Below the pieces are notes generated by a model. The model was not told the DNA's origin and ran no database searches. It was given only the letters and a program-made list of their open reading frames with translations. Source: Phoronis australis (taxonomy: Eukaryota > Animalia > Phoronida). Taken from it: DNA of 64,000 nucleotides. The translations under genes and the position numbers were made by a program. This document shows, piece after piece, positions 26,043 to 39,133 of the stretch; positions within the stretch are counted from its first letter, which is position 1, and every line of letters starts with the position of its first letter. The stretch covers positions 408,868 to 472,867 of the forward strand of contig NMRA01000242.1 in NCBI GenBank assembly GCA_002633005.1, written 5' to 3'.

Positions 26043-28696
26043 GTTGTGTGTGGTAGTTGCAGGTATGATGCAAAATACTAATAGATACACATATACTTGG
26101 ACTAGGTGCTAGTAGGTTACAATGCCAACAATTCGTCATGCAACAACAACCTTTTTATGTATAAAGAAAACTGCATTGTATTGTCAGGTTTGTAAGTAAT
26201 GCTTTTAAACATGCCATTTTGGACAACCTCCACACTCTGCCGGTAGAAAACTACTCAGGTCACCAAGAACAGTGCATACAGAACGAATGTGAAACTATGT
26301 TTTAACTTCTCCCTTATTACAACCTAACGTAATTCTTCTTTTCTTGTGACATTATGTCTTCTACCTATTTTTATGTTTAGTATTAGAGCAAATTCAAGTA
26401 ATGGGGTAGACATGTAACTTGTGCTAACATGTAACAGCTGAACACAAGCAATGCCATCTTCAGGTTATTTACCGTATAACCCTAAAATGTCCTAATTTTG
26501 GCCTACTTTGTAACACACCATAGTTTCTCAGAAGTGACTGATTGTATTCATGTGAAACTTTTAGATGCACTGTTAGCAACTGTTTTTAAAATGTTCCACT
26601 TTTACATGAGGAGCTGTCAAAAATAGGATTTATATGTGATTTTATAAAAAAATTAAAGTTACATAAAACAAAAATGAGATGATAATTTAGGAAATTGTGA
26701 TTTTCGTTTTGAGCTAATATCTTGAAAACTTATACCATATGAAATTTGGTCACGTCATTGGTCTTGTTTTTTGCTATGAACATACTTTTCGTTTTTGTTA
26801 AATTGTCCACAAAAGCCAAGGTCACGTGCCCTAATTAGAGGCAGGTTACAATAGTATGAAGTCAAAAATAAAATTCTACGGAATTTCTGTTTTCATGAAA
26901 TGTACTTTTGCTTCGTATACATTTGGTTAATGGGGTGGCCCCAGATTACACAGGGACACTTGACTCTTGTTATATTTACCCACAATGCCGTAAACATCCG
27001 TCAGGCACATTTGCTGCCTAGTTTTCGTGCCACTGGAGTTTCACATGTTATTTCTCTGATTCTTCACAAGTTTTTCTCAGTTGCATTACTTTATTTGTCT
27101 TTCCAATGCCAACAAAGTGTTGCTGCTTCGCTGTGGACTGAAACTCTTGATGTGAGAAAGTTTCATAAATTGGGCAAATACCTGTGGATGCGTGATCTGA
27201 AATTGTTCGCCTTCCCAACATCAATGACAGATATGAAAATGTGTCTGATTTCCAAAACTAGGTCACATGCTTTCTAAGGTACCGGACAAAGGAGAGTTCT
27301 GTATCTTATTGTACAGACATGTTGATGAGGTTCTACACAACCTAAAGTGCATCAGAGAGATGGAGTCCATGCACTTTTGAACAGGAGTTAAATATGGACT
27401 TATTTTAATCAGTTTGTCATTTCTCTCGCTTTTACGTTGTGGCATTGTTGCTTTGGGTGTATCACGGTTTTGCATTAAAGTGGTGTTCAAGGCCTCTTGT
27501 ACATTCTCCTAGCAGAGCAGTATGAATATTACCTGTAGTGTATTACAGCATGACAAAAGCTAATGGGTGACTGCTATGGTACTTCAAACTCGGTCAATGG
27601 CATGGGTGTGATATGTTTGTTGACGCGCTTGTCTGGCGCTGGTGGGTTTTCTATATTGTAGGAAATGCCACTGCAGTTAATTTTGATTTCAAAAAGTCCA
27701 GATTGAGGGTACCTTAAATGTATGTACCAGTCGTAAGTAGATCACAAATGCCACGTCCATTGTACAAAACATCTGAGCCCAGAATCTAATCTCCCAACAC
27801 AGACTACGTCCTGTTTTGAGTGGGCAGTTTGGGTGACTGGCAACCTTTGTAAGTCCACCGCTGCGAGCAAGTTGAACCCTTAACAGACCCAGCGACCTGT
27901 TTCATGGAAAGCGACTTTTAGTCGTAAAGGACAGAAATTTGGTCTTATTCTCCCAGTCCACGATTGCAAAATTATCTTTGTAACTCACGTTTTTGTAACT
28001 CAAGTTTTTGTACATATTCTCACAGACTTAGCATGTTTGCTTGGGTGAAATTCATATTTTTTTTTCTGAAATAGTTTGGAACGTAAGACCAAATTTCTGT
28101 CACTTTCATGAAAGCAGACCCCAGAACACTTACTACATTGTGAAATTTTCTATCGGACTGAAAAAGTGTCCTTGTCATGCCCTACAAAATTTTGGGCGTA
28201 CAATAATTGTTGCTGCACCCCACGAATGTCTACAATAGCCGGACATGTATACCACACACAGGGTTCTTAGTGAGATCTTAGAAAGTTTTCAGTGAAGCAT
28301 GGTTATAGTTGCTGTACCATGCCAAGGGCTGAATTGCATAAGGATTCGACTCCACCCCAGATTTAGTGTATCTACTGAGTCTACATATTCCTAAAATGTC
28401 AAGACATTCTTGCATTTTTGTGAAAAATACATTTATTTGCCGTCTGTCACTTGGTGGCTACTCAGCTTGTGGCTAGTTTTGACAAAGTGCACATAACCCT
28501 TGTTATGAGAACTATCAAGTTATAGACAACTACTGACATGAAACTTATTTGTTTTCCAGAGGCTTGACATAATTGAAGCACATTTACTGGAAGATATGCT
28601 TTAATTTCATCTTTACCTTTATATTGTCTACATTGTCTGTGTCATATTTTGTGGGTGTGCACCAGGCTTTCTCACTGTTCCTGTTTTAACTTTCAG

Positions 28697-28813
28697 AAAC
28701 TTGCGTATACGGCCTTGCTGACTATAGCTGTTCTGTGTACAATCTTATGGCTTGTCTATAGCACAGCTTTCCAAAGTTCTTCTCTCAGGCCTGCTACCAT
28801 GGCAACTAGTCAG
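28697..28813 (+). other. Candidate upstream exon of NIPA2 (may supply MATSQ)
   Basis: Acceptor ttttaactttcag|, strong-Kozak gctaccATGg at 28799, end cag|gN in phase 0 and in frame with the 32421 exon. The donor base is N. A second donor, catcag|gtgagt, follows 29059. Confidence 0.35.
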
Positions 28814-29969
28814 GNTGCCACTTCTGAAACTCTTACACTTAAAGGAACTGGTAGCAGACTGACTGGACTGTTAAAAAAGATAAGTTGCAGTGAATTGCCA
28901 GTAATTTGTCCATTTATCTCCTCTATGTGAAGAATGTGTTTTCACTGTACCCGAATGATTACTTACTTGTGATGTAAATTTGTGATGTTACATGAGTTGT
29001 AAATATGACAGTGCACATGTCTATATTCTATTCATCTGTGTAAGGCCTGATGACATCAGGTGAGTGTGTGTGTGTACTGGTCGACTACCCTCATATTATG
29101 TTACATATTTGCCTGCTTGATTGATTTTCAATGTTTTGTAGTAGACCTGTTTTTTGATGGTACGATAAATATCAAATTCATCACGATCCCTCAAAATCTT
29201 ATGTCAAAAAACGATTAAAAACCTCTGTCAGTCACTGAATTCTGTAAGTTTTTGTCTTAGCATGTATTAACGCTCCACATCTTAGTTTAGTAGTTCAAGA
29301 AATGAAAATTTTGCTTGTGGTATTTGCTTTGTCTTCCAGTTCTCTGTTTAAGGTGAGGGTGCCTTTGTTTAAGAAATTGGTCAACATATTTCATGTAATG
29401 TCATTGCTGAGTCTTCTATATCGTTAGTTGGTGTTTTGTTTTGTATTAACCCTTAATTTGTACTATTAGGGTGACTGTTTAATAGTTGTGGATAGTTTGT
29501 TACTATTCTCTGTTATTTATTAAATTGCAAAATTACTTCCAGAGATGACATTTCATTTGTTGTATATCATAGTTAAATAACACTTGGATTAAGTGCTTTG
29601 TGAGTCTTACTCATGAGGTACTACAGTAAACATTCAACTTTATGCCCCTGCGCAGACTGAGTCGTTGTGAACTTGCTCAACCCGTTCCTCAGTTGTAACT
29701 TGTTTGCAAAATTTTTTTGGCGGGATATGTTTCAAAGGAGTTTTTGTGAAGAATTTAAACTTTAGATCTTCTCAAATTTGATGGTATTCATATGACAAGT
29801 GAGTCCTAGATTTTGTTGTTTAAATTTACAATTTAAATGTCCATCTCTGATATTGAGACCTTATCTGAAGTTATTTTTAGATTCCATTGTGTACGAAATT
29901 CAGAATTTTTATGTCTCAGTTTGATACCCCCAAGAATAATGGGTGATTTTATCTGGCTAAAACAGTTGT

Positions 29970-30215
29970 TGATCTTTGCCCAGATTCTTGGTCTTTGCCT
30001 GGAGTCTTTGTCAGTGCCCGAAGTAATCATCTTTGCCCGAAGTCTTCGTCGTTACCCGGAGTCTGCCCAGAGTCTTTGTCATTGCCCGTAGTCTTCGTCT
30101 TTGCCCGAAATTTTTGTCATTGCCCGGGGTCTTTGTCGTTGCCTCGAGCCTTCATCTTTGCCTGTAGTCTTTACCTTTGCCTGCTGTCTTTGCCCATGGT
30201 CTTAGTCTTTACCCC
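29970..30215 (+). repeat. Degenerate ~21-bp tandem repeat (tctttgcccgragtctt...)
   Basis: Recurring tctttgccc/gtctttgtc units. Confidence 0.75.
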
Positions 30216-30230
30216 ACTGAGGTACACTTA

Positions 30231-32036
30231 CCGTAAACGTTCGGGCTAACGCCCTGGGTGGTTAAATTGGCATACCAAAAAATCTGGGGTGGGCAGTTAA
30301 CCAGACATGGGCGCTTAAACGTGAAACTTCAAAAAATCCAGGGTGGGCGGTTAACTGAACATGGGCGCTTATTACGACAGGCAAGCGCCCTGGGCGGTTA
30401 ATCTTACCTCGTGATCTAAGTACCCACACCACACACGTAGTCGTAGGCCTACTCGGAATGCGTAGCACTTTTCAAAGAGCGCTATCGTCACGTCGCCACA
30501 TGACGGGAAAAATGTCATAACAGCGAATGATCCTAACAAAGGTTATCATTCCCTCAGATTACTTATTCACTATTAAATTTACAGAATTGCTGAGTAATAG
30601 CCCCGTGCCGTCCTGTGGTCTTATTATTTAGCCCTGTAGAGCGCAGACGACCAGTGACCTCGCAGCCTCTACTTGGATTGCAACTATTTCATCTTGCTAA
30701 AGTGCGCGCGTGCAGGCTTCACGTGTTGCAGAGGTCACAGCAGACATCAAATTTATGGTTACAGCCTCGTACTAGCTGCCAAGTTCATAGTCAGGGAGCA
30801 GTTTTAAAATTGGTTGTAATAAAAGTTTGAAAACCTTAATTCAGATGTTTTTTGTGTTTGGGATGTTTATAGTCAACTCTCCGTGACTCAATGATATTTT
30901 CAGCGTATGGTTCTGTGGCTTGCTGTTTTATCTCGACTGCCCGGCATTGCTCACTTGCCGTTGCGCCAAACATGCTCGGCAAAGAAGTAGGCCCAAGACA
31001 AGAATCGGGGTTAAGCGGCCGCGTGCCACTCGTCAATCAAGAATAAAATTTTGAGCCACGGCATAAATATGTGATAAAACGCTACAAAACAGCGATGTTT
31101 CAATTCATAAACGATCACCTTACCAAACTTCGTGGTGGAAAAACATTTATTTGTCATGCAAGATGTCCAGATTATCCTATTTATATCACTTGCAATATCG
31201 CACTGCGGCACTGTTGGGTCCCGTTGTTAGCGCGCAATGTCTCAGTCGGCTGACAATCGTGACTTGGAAATGCCGTCAAGTAATATAACGGCCTCTTTTA
31301 ATATGCATCTCGTTTTTATGGCCAAAGATAGCGGCGGGATTCAGCACGCACGTAGGGCCTTTGTACGAGTCGCCTGTCAATCACATGTTGGTGTCAAGGT
31401 AACATGCACTCCAAAGTGTGGGAACTTGCGCACGTGCACCAGTACAAAGTCACATCAAAAGAGAATAGCGGCAGTCCTAAGTATCAGAAACAGGCGTGAC
31501 TATGTACTTTTAACCATTGTCTCATTTCTCTGGCCTGATTTTTTCGAATATATGTTTTATCAAGTGCATTGCAGACGAAAACTCAGCGTGGCAGACAAAG
31601 TCGCTGAAAGCGGAGGTTTTGACGCCGGTGGCGTTCTTAAACTTTGAAAACATGGGAAGAAAATAAAGTGACAAAAACGTTCAAGTATTATGTTTTGAAG
31701 TGAGTCCATGACCATAGACAATAACTCGTTACTTGTATAATTGCAATTCACATTGCTAAACCACCGTCTCGGAGGCCTGGTGTCGTTGCACTCATTGTGA
31801 TCATCGATCTTTTTCTAAAAGTCGGGGAATCGCGCGTTTCCTTAGCACTGGGCGCTAAATCTTCATTCTTTAAAAGTCGGGGATGGGCGCTTAACCGAGA
31901 GGTGGGCGCCTAACTGAAAATCTTAAAAAATCGCAGGGGGTCGCTTAACCGAGCAGTGGGCGGTTAAATCGAAAATCCACCTAAAGTAGGGGGTGGGCGG
32001 TTAACTGAGCATGGGCGTTAACTCGAACGTTTACGG
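30231..32036. mobile_element. Non-autonomous Tc1/pogo-like DNA transposon (~1.8 kb)
   Basis: TA|ccgtaaacgttcgggctaacgccc ... gggcgttaactcgaacgtttacgg|TA. Arrays of gggtgggcggttaa subterminal repeats at both ends. No transposase ORF. Confidence 0.85.
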
Positions 32037-32420
32037 TAGTTTTAGTATAGCTACATATTGATAGCAATTAAAGAGGAAAGCTACCGTTTCTGATGTTACC
32101 TTTACTAAAAATACAACTTCCTGTAATTTAATCAAGTAAATATAGATATAGGATGGTTTTGATAATTTTGACCGGTGTAAGATGTATGTCAACACTTGGA
32201 GATTTGAGTGTCCCCTTGTAGGAATCAGTGTGGGTTAACTGAGTGAGGTGTGGAAATGTCATACCAGCCTCTGTCATATTCTATCATGAAAGGACATTCA
32301 ACTCCATTTTATATCACAAAATATTGAAGTCAATGTAGTTCATTACTTTGAGTATTTGTACACCTTATGGTAATGATCTTGTGCTGGTTCTTATAATTAA
32401 TTTGTTCTTTTATTTTCCAG

Positions 32421-32619
32421 AGTGGTAATGACCACGCGAATGTAACCACAAGTACAACTGCAATCATGAATGTGACGTCCACAGCGGCTACTGGTGTGTC
32501 AGAGTACGACTTCTGGATTGGGCTTGGACTGGCTATGAGTTCTAGTCTGTTCATTGGCGCCAGCTTTATACTTAAGAAGAAAGGCTTGCTCAACTTGCAA
32601 CTGCAAGGCACTAGAGCCA
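32421..32619 (+). CDS. NIPA2: NIPA2-like magnesium transporter, exon (start at ATG 32466 or spliced from upstream)
   Basis: ttccag| [66 protein letters not shown] +a|gtaagt. Hallmark NIPA N-terminal motif. Confidence 0.92.
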
Positions 32620-33693
32620 GTAAGTAATGAATTGGTCTGTTGTGTGTCTTCTGGTATGTAGGGGCACTGCACTTTTTATTTCAGTCTGTTGTATGTTGGA
32701 TGAACGTCGGTCCCTTTTCAGATGTATAGTGGTGGGGTACCTGCCACCGTTATGGTGTGATTTGGACCCACGAATATGAATGGAAATGCACAGTTACATC
32801 ATTTTCAAATATTTGTCAGGTCTTGAACTTTTTCCGATTCTGACAGTTAACGCATGTGGGCAATTTAGTATGTAAATTTTGAAAAAATGTGTTTAAATGA
32901 ATCCATGTACTCGGATAACGATTGTATGTTCCCGGAGGAGTTGAAAAGGATAAGATTGACAGGGTCTATAGGCAGGTAATAATTTTCAAAGTGCTTAGTA
33001 ATCTACTGGGCTATGCAATTCTGGTGTAATTGTTATTATTTTCAATTTTGGGTTTTTAATTTTATTTGACTGGGTTCAAAATGTCGACTAAACATACAAT
33101 TAGTGGGATTGTGTAAAATGATGATCATCTTTTGTATCTGTTCTGCATGTGACGTACATGGTGGGTGCATAGCAGCACTCCATGTTGCTTTTCTTTATTT
33201 TTAAAATGTATCGGCTATGGTTTCGGAAGCTGTGTCATTTTGTCTGTCTATTTTTGGTACTTTTTGAGTAGCAAAAACTCTTACCAGAGACTTACTTATT
33301 GATGACATTAACTGAGCTCAACCAAAAAAATAATCATTTATGTAGAGACATAATACCAGAGACTTACTTATTGATGAGATTAACTTAGCTCAACCAAAAA
33401 TAAATAATCATGGGACTCGTTGCATAAATAAATGCAAGACGCCCTATGTCGCATAGCTCCCACTCTGTAGGAGCCAAGCCTAAGAGTGTAGAGATACACT
33501 TCATTATGGCGAGAAATCCTCGGTTACAGTATGGAAAAATCACTTCTAGTTTTACCTGCGCACATCTTGTGGAATAAATTTCACTGTGAGATAAAGTTAC
33601 AACAAAACTAAAAATTACAGTAGCAGTTAGTAAATACTCATTAAGGGATAGGGATAAATTTAGCATAAAGGGACAAAAAATGCTCGTGAAACC

Positions 33694-34897
33694 ACGCATT
33701 ATGCTGTCATCTCTGTCCGTCCGTACGTCCGTCCGTCCGTCCGTCCGTCCGTCCGTGCGGCCGTCCGGGCGGCGTCCGGCGTCCGCTGCTCTATCTCCAA
33801 AACCCTTTGACATACGTTCATGAAATTTGGCACATATGTTCCATTCATGAATGGGATGGCATGTGCGAACTTTCGGACGGATTCGACTACCGGTGTGCCC
33901 CCTAGTGGCAATTTTAGTTTTTTACGCTTACCTTTGTATCTTCAAAAGTCCTGAATGAATTTTCATGAAATTTGGTATATAGGCACCTATTAGTAAGATG
34001 ACGCTATCCTGCCGTTTTCAGATGGATTCGACATAGTTTGCGCCACCTAGTGGCCATTTTTAGTGTTTTCGAGTTTTTTGTGCGTCCACCCCTCTATCAA
34101 CCAAACCGCTCAAAGGATGATTGTGAAAATTGGCATGTATATGCTTACTATGTAGAGGACGGTTGACGATGATTTTCCGACGATTTCGACTACTGTGGCG
34201 CCTCCTAGTGGCAGTTTTGTTTTTTTTGCGCCTATGGCTGTATCTNGTGTATGTGCTTACTATAAGGAAGACAGCTGACAATGATTTTCAGACGATTTGG
34301 ACTACTGTGGCGCCTCCTAGTGGCAGTTTTGTTTTTTTTTGCGCCCATTGCTGTATCTCCCAAACCGTTTGCAGGATCTTTACTAAATTTAGCAAGTGTA
34401 TTTATGTGATGTTGACAACGGACAATGACGACTTTAGGATGATTCTGACTACCGGTATGCCTCTAGTGGCAATTTTAGTATTTGCCTCTAGCGGCAATTA
34501 TAGTATTTTACATTGACCTCTGTATTTTCATAGGTCTTCAGGTGTATACTTTGTGTTACTTCGTGACTATGAAGGAAAAGTTCCAAGTAGAAATTTGTTT
34601 CTGGCATTCTAATGCTGTTCTAATCTCGTATGTTGGTAAATTTGTTTTTAATTCTATGTTTCTGTGGTGCTTTAAGCAACTGGTGTATAGGATGTGCTTG
34701 TATTATGAAGATGTTTACTCACATTTTGCCTCTAGCCTATTGAGGAGACAATGACCATGCCTTTCCATTTTGCTAAGTACAACATACTACATATATGCCC
34801 TCTACTGGCCACTTTATGGTACCACTAAACAACCCTAGAGGGATACCGTATGCGGTGCAATTGTGGGCGCATTTCAACGCTCTGCGTTGCTCTTGTT
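33694..34897 (+). mobile_element. Helentron-associated non-autonomous element (HINE/DINE-1-like), copy 1
   Basis: (GTCC)n microsatellite, internal ~150-bp repeats, 3' subTIR tgtgggcgcat and stem-loop caacgctctgcgttg. Near-identical to 41023-43011. The N at 34246 probably hides collapsed units. Confidence 0.85.
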
Positions 34898-35063
34898 GCT
34901 AAATTTTGAAAATTTAGATTTCTTCGTAAGGCGACTGATAACCTCCCTTTGGTCTAAGAAGTGAACTTTGGCTTTGACCACTTTCAAGTTGATTCCAATT
35001 TAGATGGGAAGTAATATCTGGATTTGTTAAAAGTTAACAGTTATTCCTTTTGGCCACACTTGG

Positions 35064-35122
35064 TGCATAAAGTGACATGCATAAAGGGATACTCTTGAAG
35101 TGACACGCATGAAGTCACGCAC
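35064..35122 (+). repeat. 14-bp minisatellite (ataaagtgacacgc), left part
   Basis: Degenerate units that continue at 38958 after the Kolobok-like insertion. Confidence 0.7.
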
Positions 35123-36001
35123 ATTTAAGGAGAATGGCACCAAAAAACAACGTATTTTGTATTATTTTAACCATATATAATAAAGCATAAAAATAGTTCC
35201 AGGTGATCAGTGCAATGGGCCCACATGCGAGGCCTGCGCATGTCTGGTACAATGTGTATCAGACCGCCTGCAATTGTTTTTTTTATTATTTAGATCGAGT
35301 AGTTCCACTCGGTAACAGCAAATTCAGTTCTTTTAGTTGATACCAGACGGCTTACAGAGGTGCTGAAATTAACCAGCAGTTCACGAGACGCTTGCTGGTG
35401 TCAGCTTATCACTTGACTTCATTGCTTTACACCAGTAAATCATCACAATTCAATGCAAAACCCTTACAAATACAATGAATTTTTGAACTAACGAATTCTT
35501 TTATTTTGCTGTTACAGATTTATAGAAAGTTTAAATGTACCATAGCCTACAAAATTCAGTAGTCCAACTTACCTAGGTCGGTTGCAGTATTTAAGTTTGG
35601 ATATTTTCGGTGATAAATTAGATTTATTCTTCCGTGAAATAGAGACAGGAGAGCATATGTGTGTGTTTTGATTTTAGACTTACAAATTGTTTCAGTTCTA
35701 AACACACACAACGCTCGTTATAGCCCAGTGGCTCGCAACCTGATCAGGCCCGTCGCGGACTGGAGACAACACAAACAAAAACCAGCTGAGCTAGTTGGAT
35801 GCCAAAGTTAAAAACTGAACTTCCAGTCATGAAAAGAATAGACTAGTGAACCAAAAAGTAATGTGCCAGTAAATATTTTTGTGAGTTGGCTACGAAATTG
35901 CAAATCTACTTACTCGTCGGGGGCCGCAACTGAAGTCAGGTTTCAATTCTACAGAACTGTGAGGACGAAAGGTGTACAATAACAATGATTTGAATAATGT
36001 A

Positions 36002-37258
36002 CAAGGGTCGTTCAATAAGTTCTCGGCCTCACCAAGAAAACAGGGACACAGGTTAAATTTTTTCACACCATAGTAAAATTTCATCTTTTATAACAGCACT
36101 GCGTTCATGCTGAATTAGTACGGTCAACTGCCACTAGGTGGTGCTGCTTCAAAAAAGCAGACGACAACACATTTAGCAGCATGGAGATAACAGCGAAGAT
36201 AGCCGTAATAAAGTACTGGGGTAAAAAAGGAATGAAACCAAAAGATATTCATGAAGAGATGCGAAAAACAGTAAAAAGTGGTCTGCTTGTTTCAAGAAGT
36301 TGTAGAAAAAGTATTGAAGATGACCCTCGTCCAGGACGTCCCAAATTATCGACCTCCAATGAGAGTGTGCAGAATATTCATGCAACGGTTATGACAGGCG
36401 AATGACTGTTCAACAATTGGCAAACATTGTTGGTACCAGCAGTGGGTCTGTCTCTATAATTTTGAGTGAAGATGTGGGCATGAGTAAGCTGAGTGCACGA
36501 TGGGTGCCAAGAATGTGAACTCAAGATCAGAAAATGAGCAGAATGCAAATTTCAAAGGAACTTCTAGGAAGATTCCAAGCAAATTCAGCCAAATTTTCCA
36601 GAAGACTTGTAACCCAGGATGAGACATGGGTTCACCACTTTGACCCGGAATCAAAACAACAAAGTAAACAATGGAAGCACGTGGATTCCCCAAGCCTGAG
36701 AAAGTTCAAGTTGAGTGCCTCCGCGAGCAAACTTATGACCTTTTTGTTCTGGGACAGCGAAGGAATTCTGATGATCGACTACTTGCAAGGAGGACACAGT
36801 GTTACTAGGAATTACTATGCATCACTTTTGGAAAAACTCAAAAAAGCAATCAAGGAAAAGAGACACGGGAAGTTTCGGGATGGAGTGCTGTTGCTGCAAG
36901 ACAACGCACCTGCCATACTGCCCAAGCTGCGGTGGCTGAAGCAACTAGATGTGGATTTCAAACCTTCTACACCCTGCCAATTTTCCAGACCTGGCCTTGT
37001 CTGATTTTTATTCGTTTCCGCATTTGAAGGCCTGCGTGCGTTAACGCCAGTATGTGAGCGATGACGACATCATGAGTGCAGTGGAGGAGTATTTTGAGGG
37101 GCTCGACAAAAATTTCTTTTACGAAGGCATTGCAAAACTGCAGCACAGATGGAAGAAATGCATTGATGTAACGGGAGATTATATTGAAAAATAAAAGCCA
37201 AAATTATTTGCTATCACGTTTTCTTGGGTTAGGCTGAGAACTTATTTACAGACCCTCG
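36002..37258 (+). mobile_element. Mariner element (1257 bp)
   Basis: TA|caagggtcgttcaataagttctcggcct ... aggctgagaacttatttacagaccctcg|TA. The Kolobok-like copy 2 shows the empty single-TA site at 56937. Confidence 0.95.
36181..37194 (+). pseudogene. Mariner DDD transposase, frameshifted
   Basis: Fragments IEDDPRPGRP, ARWVPR, VTQDETWVHHFDPESKQQSKQW, LLQDNAPA, PDLALSDF and RWKKCIDVTGDYIEK*, split over frames with stops. Confidence 0.92.
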
Positions 37259-38957
37259 TATATGTATCTAAGATTCCCCTAACATCTGACTATAGCATAT
37301 AAAATGAAGTTATTGTTTCATAACGGCTTTCTGTTGCCAAGCACTGAATTAGCATGCGCTCACACGCTTTCGGGTGCCTGGTCAATTACAGTTTCATTGC
37401 ATCTCAAGCTGGTAACTTAGAATGATTTATTCGTTGTTGGTTTCTCAAAACCTTTGCACTCAAGAACACTCCAAAAGCATTACAGACTTTGACACTTTGT
37501 TTCAGCTTTTTATAAACACCATTACCCTGCAAAACCCAGAGGGAAATAGATACTTAGACTAAGAGTGAACATTAGTGTTCATGGCAAGAGACAGGAATAC
37601 TTCTTGAAAGTGCGTGTTCAAAGCTTCAAGCAGAATTTCGGTCACTGTCAGATTTTAGTAGGCAAGGTGTGCTGCTGCGGGATTCTTTCCCCAGGCAATA
37701 CAAATTTATTTCCAGAACATTTGACCAGCCATAACACAAAGTACAGTAATCACTTCTTTAAAGTGAAAACCAAGAATGCATTTAAATACTGTATAGTACA
37801 CAAATTATATAGATGTATTTACAAAACTTGCATAAAAATGTACATACTATAACAAAGGAAATCTATCTGGTCGTTTTGAAAACAGTGCATACTTGTGGCA
37901 CCTGCACATATGCGCCATTTCCGAAAATTTTGCAATATCTCTTGAGAGATTTTTCTGAAATTGGGTTTTCTTATCATAAAATAGTAAAAACGTGTAATGA
38001 AATGAAACCAATTGCGATTGTTATGATGTACGCAACCTCACATGTGATTGAATAACATGGAAATTGGCCAACAGGTGACGCAATGGCGCCCAAAGAGCAC
38101 ATCGCAATTTTACCAGCAGAATAACTGAAGAATGCCAATTTTCCAACACCAGGGTAAATAATTTAGTTTACTCAAGGAAGAGTAAGGATTTTTTAATGAG
38201 GCATCATTAATTTTGGCGGCGACAGGCCCGATGAATTGTATACGTGACAGAAGCCGGAGGGAGTGAAATTAAGCCGATGGAGTGACGTCACCCAGGCCAT
38301 TGAGCCGACGAACCAAGGCCATTACGAAACTGGCCACCCTCCCTCCGCGTCCGTAAAAAAATGACCCGCGAGAAAAAAATAAAACACCTCGAATCCAAAT
38401 AGGGGGCCGGTGCAATACCTGGGACCAAGACAGTGCCGAAACGGGCGCAACGAAGGTCTGTAGTGGAGGGGGGAGACGGAGTTTGCGCAAACGATGCATT
38501 TTATGTAATAGATTGTTGAGGGTGAGAATAATTCATTCACCACAGACATGGAGATATTTCATGGCCTCATACTTGGTATTAACGGCGTACTTTTCGTTCT
38601 TTACTCTCGCGAACCACCTCTGAAGCATTTCGGGTTTTCGAGGAAATCAAAAAATTATATTTTGGGCGGCACAGCACTGAAATAAATGGGAGGCCATAGC
38701 CCCCTATGGTGCATGGCCCATGGATATTCCTGCTTTTCTCGCAGCTTCATGGTTCACTTAAGCGGGAATGATATGCCACATCACAGCGTCACAGTTTAAG
38801 CTGAAGAGCCATTGACGTCACTGTGCCTTTTACTCACCTTCCTCACAGGGTAACGCGACACCTCTTGGCGAGGTGAGATTGACCGTATACGAGTTGATGT
38901 GAATGTAAACCGATTAAGTCGGTAAAAACGAAATATATCGGGTGGCATTCTCCTTTA

Positions 38958-39133
38958 AGTGACACGAATAAAGTGACTCGCATAAAGTGACATGCGCAAA
39001 GTGACTCGAATAAAGTAACATGCATAAAGTTACTCGCATAAAGTGACACGCATAAAGTGACTTGCATAAAGTGACTTGCATAAAGTGACACGCATTAAGT
39101 GACACGCATAAAGTGACTTGCATAAAGTGACAC
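38958..39133 (+). repeat. 14-bp minisatellite (ataaagtgacwYgc), right part, ~12 units
   Basis: Head-to-tail units; source of the repetitive ORFs at 38843 and 38914. Confidence 0.9.

Larger units (their letters stand above)
35128..38954 (+). mobile_element. Kolobok-like non-autonomous element, copy 1, with nested insertions
   Basis: ttta|aggagaatggcacc ... ggtggcattctcct|ttaa. Colinear with 56204-57811 apart from the inserts. Confidence 0.8.

Noticed and set aside
32890-33045. Possible SINE 3' tail
   Set aside because: No recognisable A/B boxes and no second copy in the window.
33284-33410. ~70-bp local tandem duplication (similar ones at 39273-39402 and 24716-24760)
   Set aside because: Ordinary intronic slippage duplications that do not touch splice sites.
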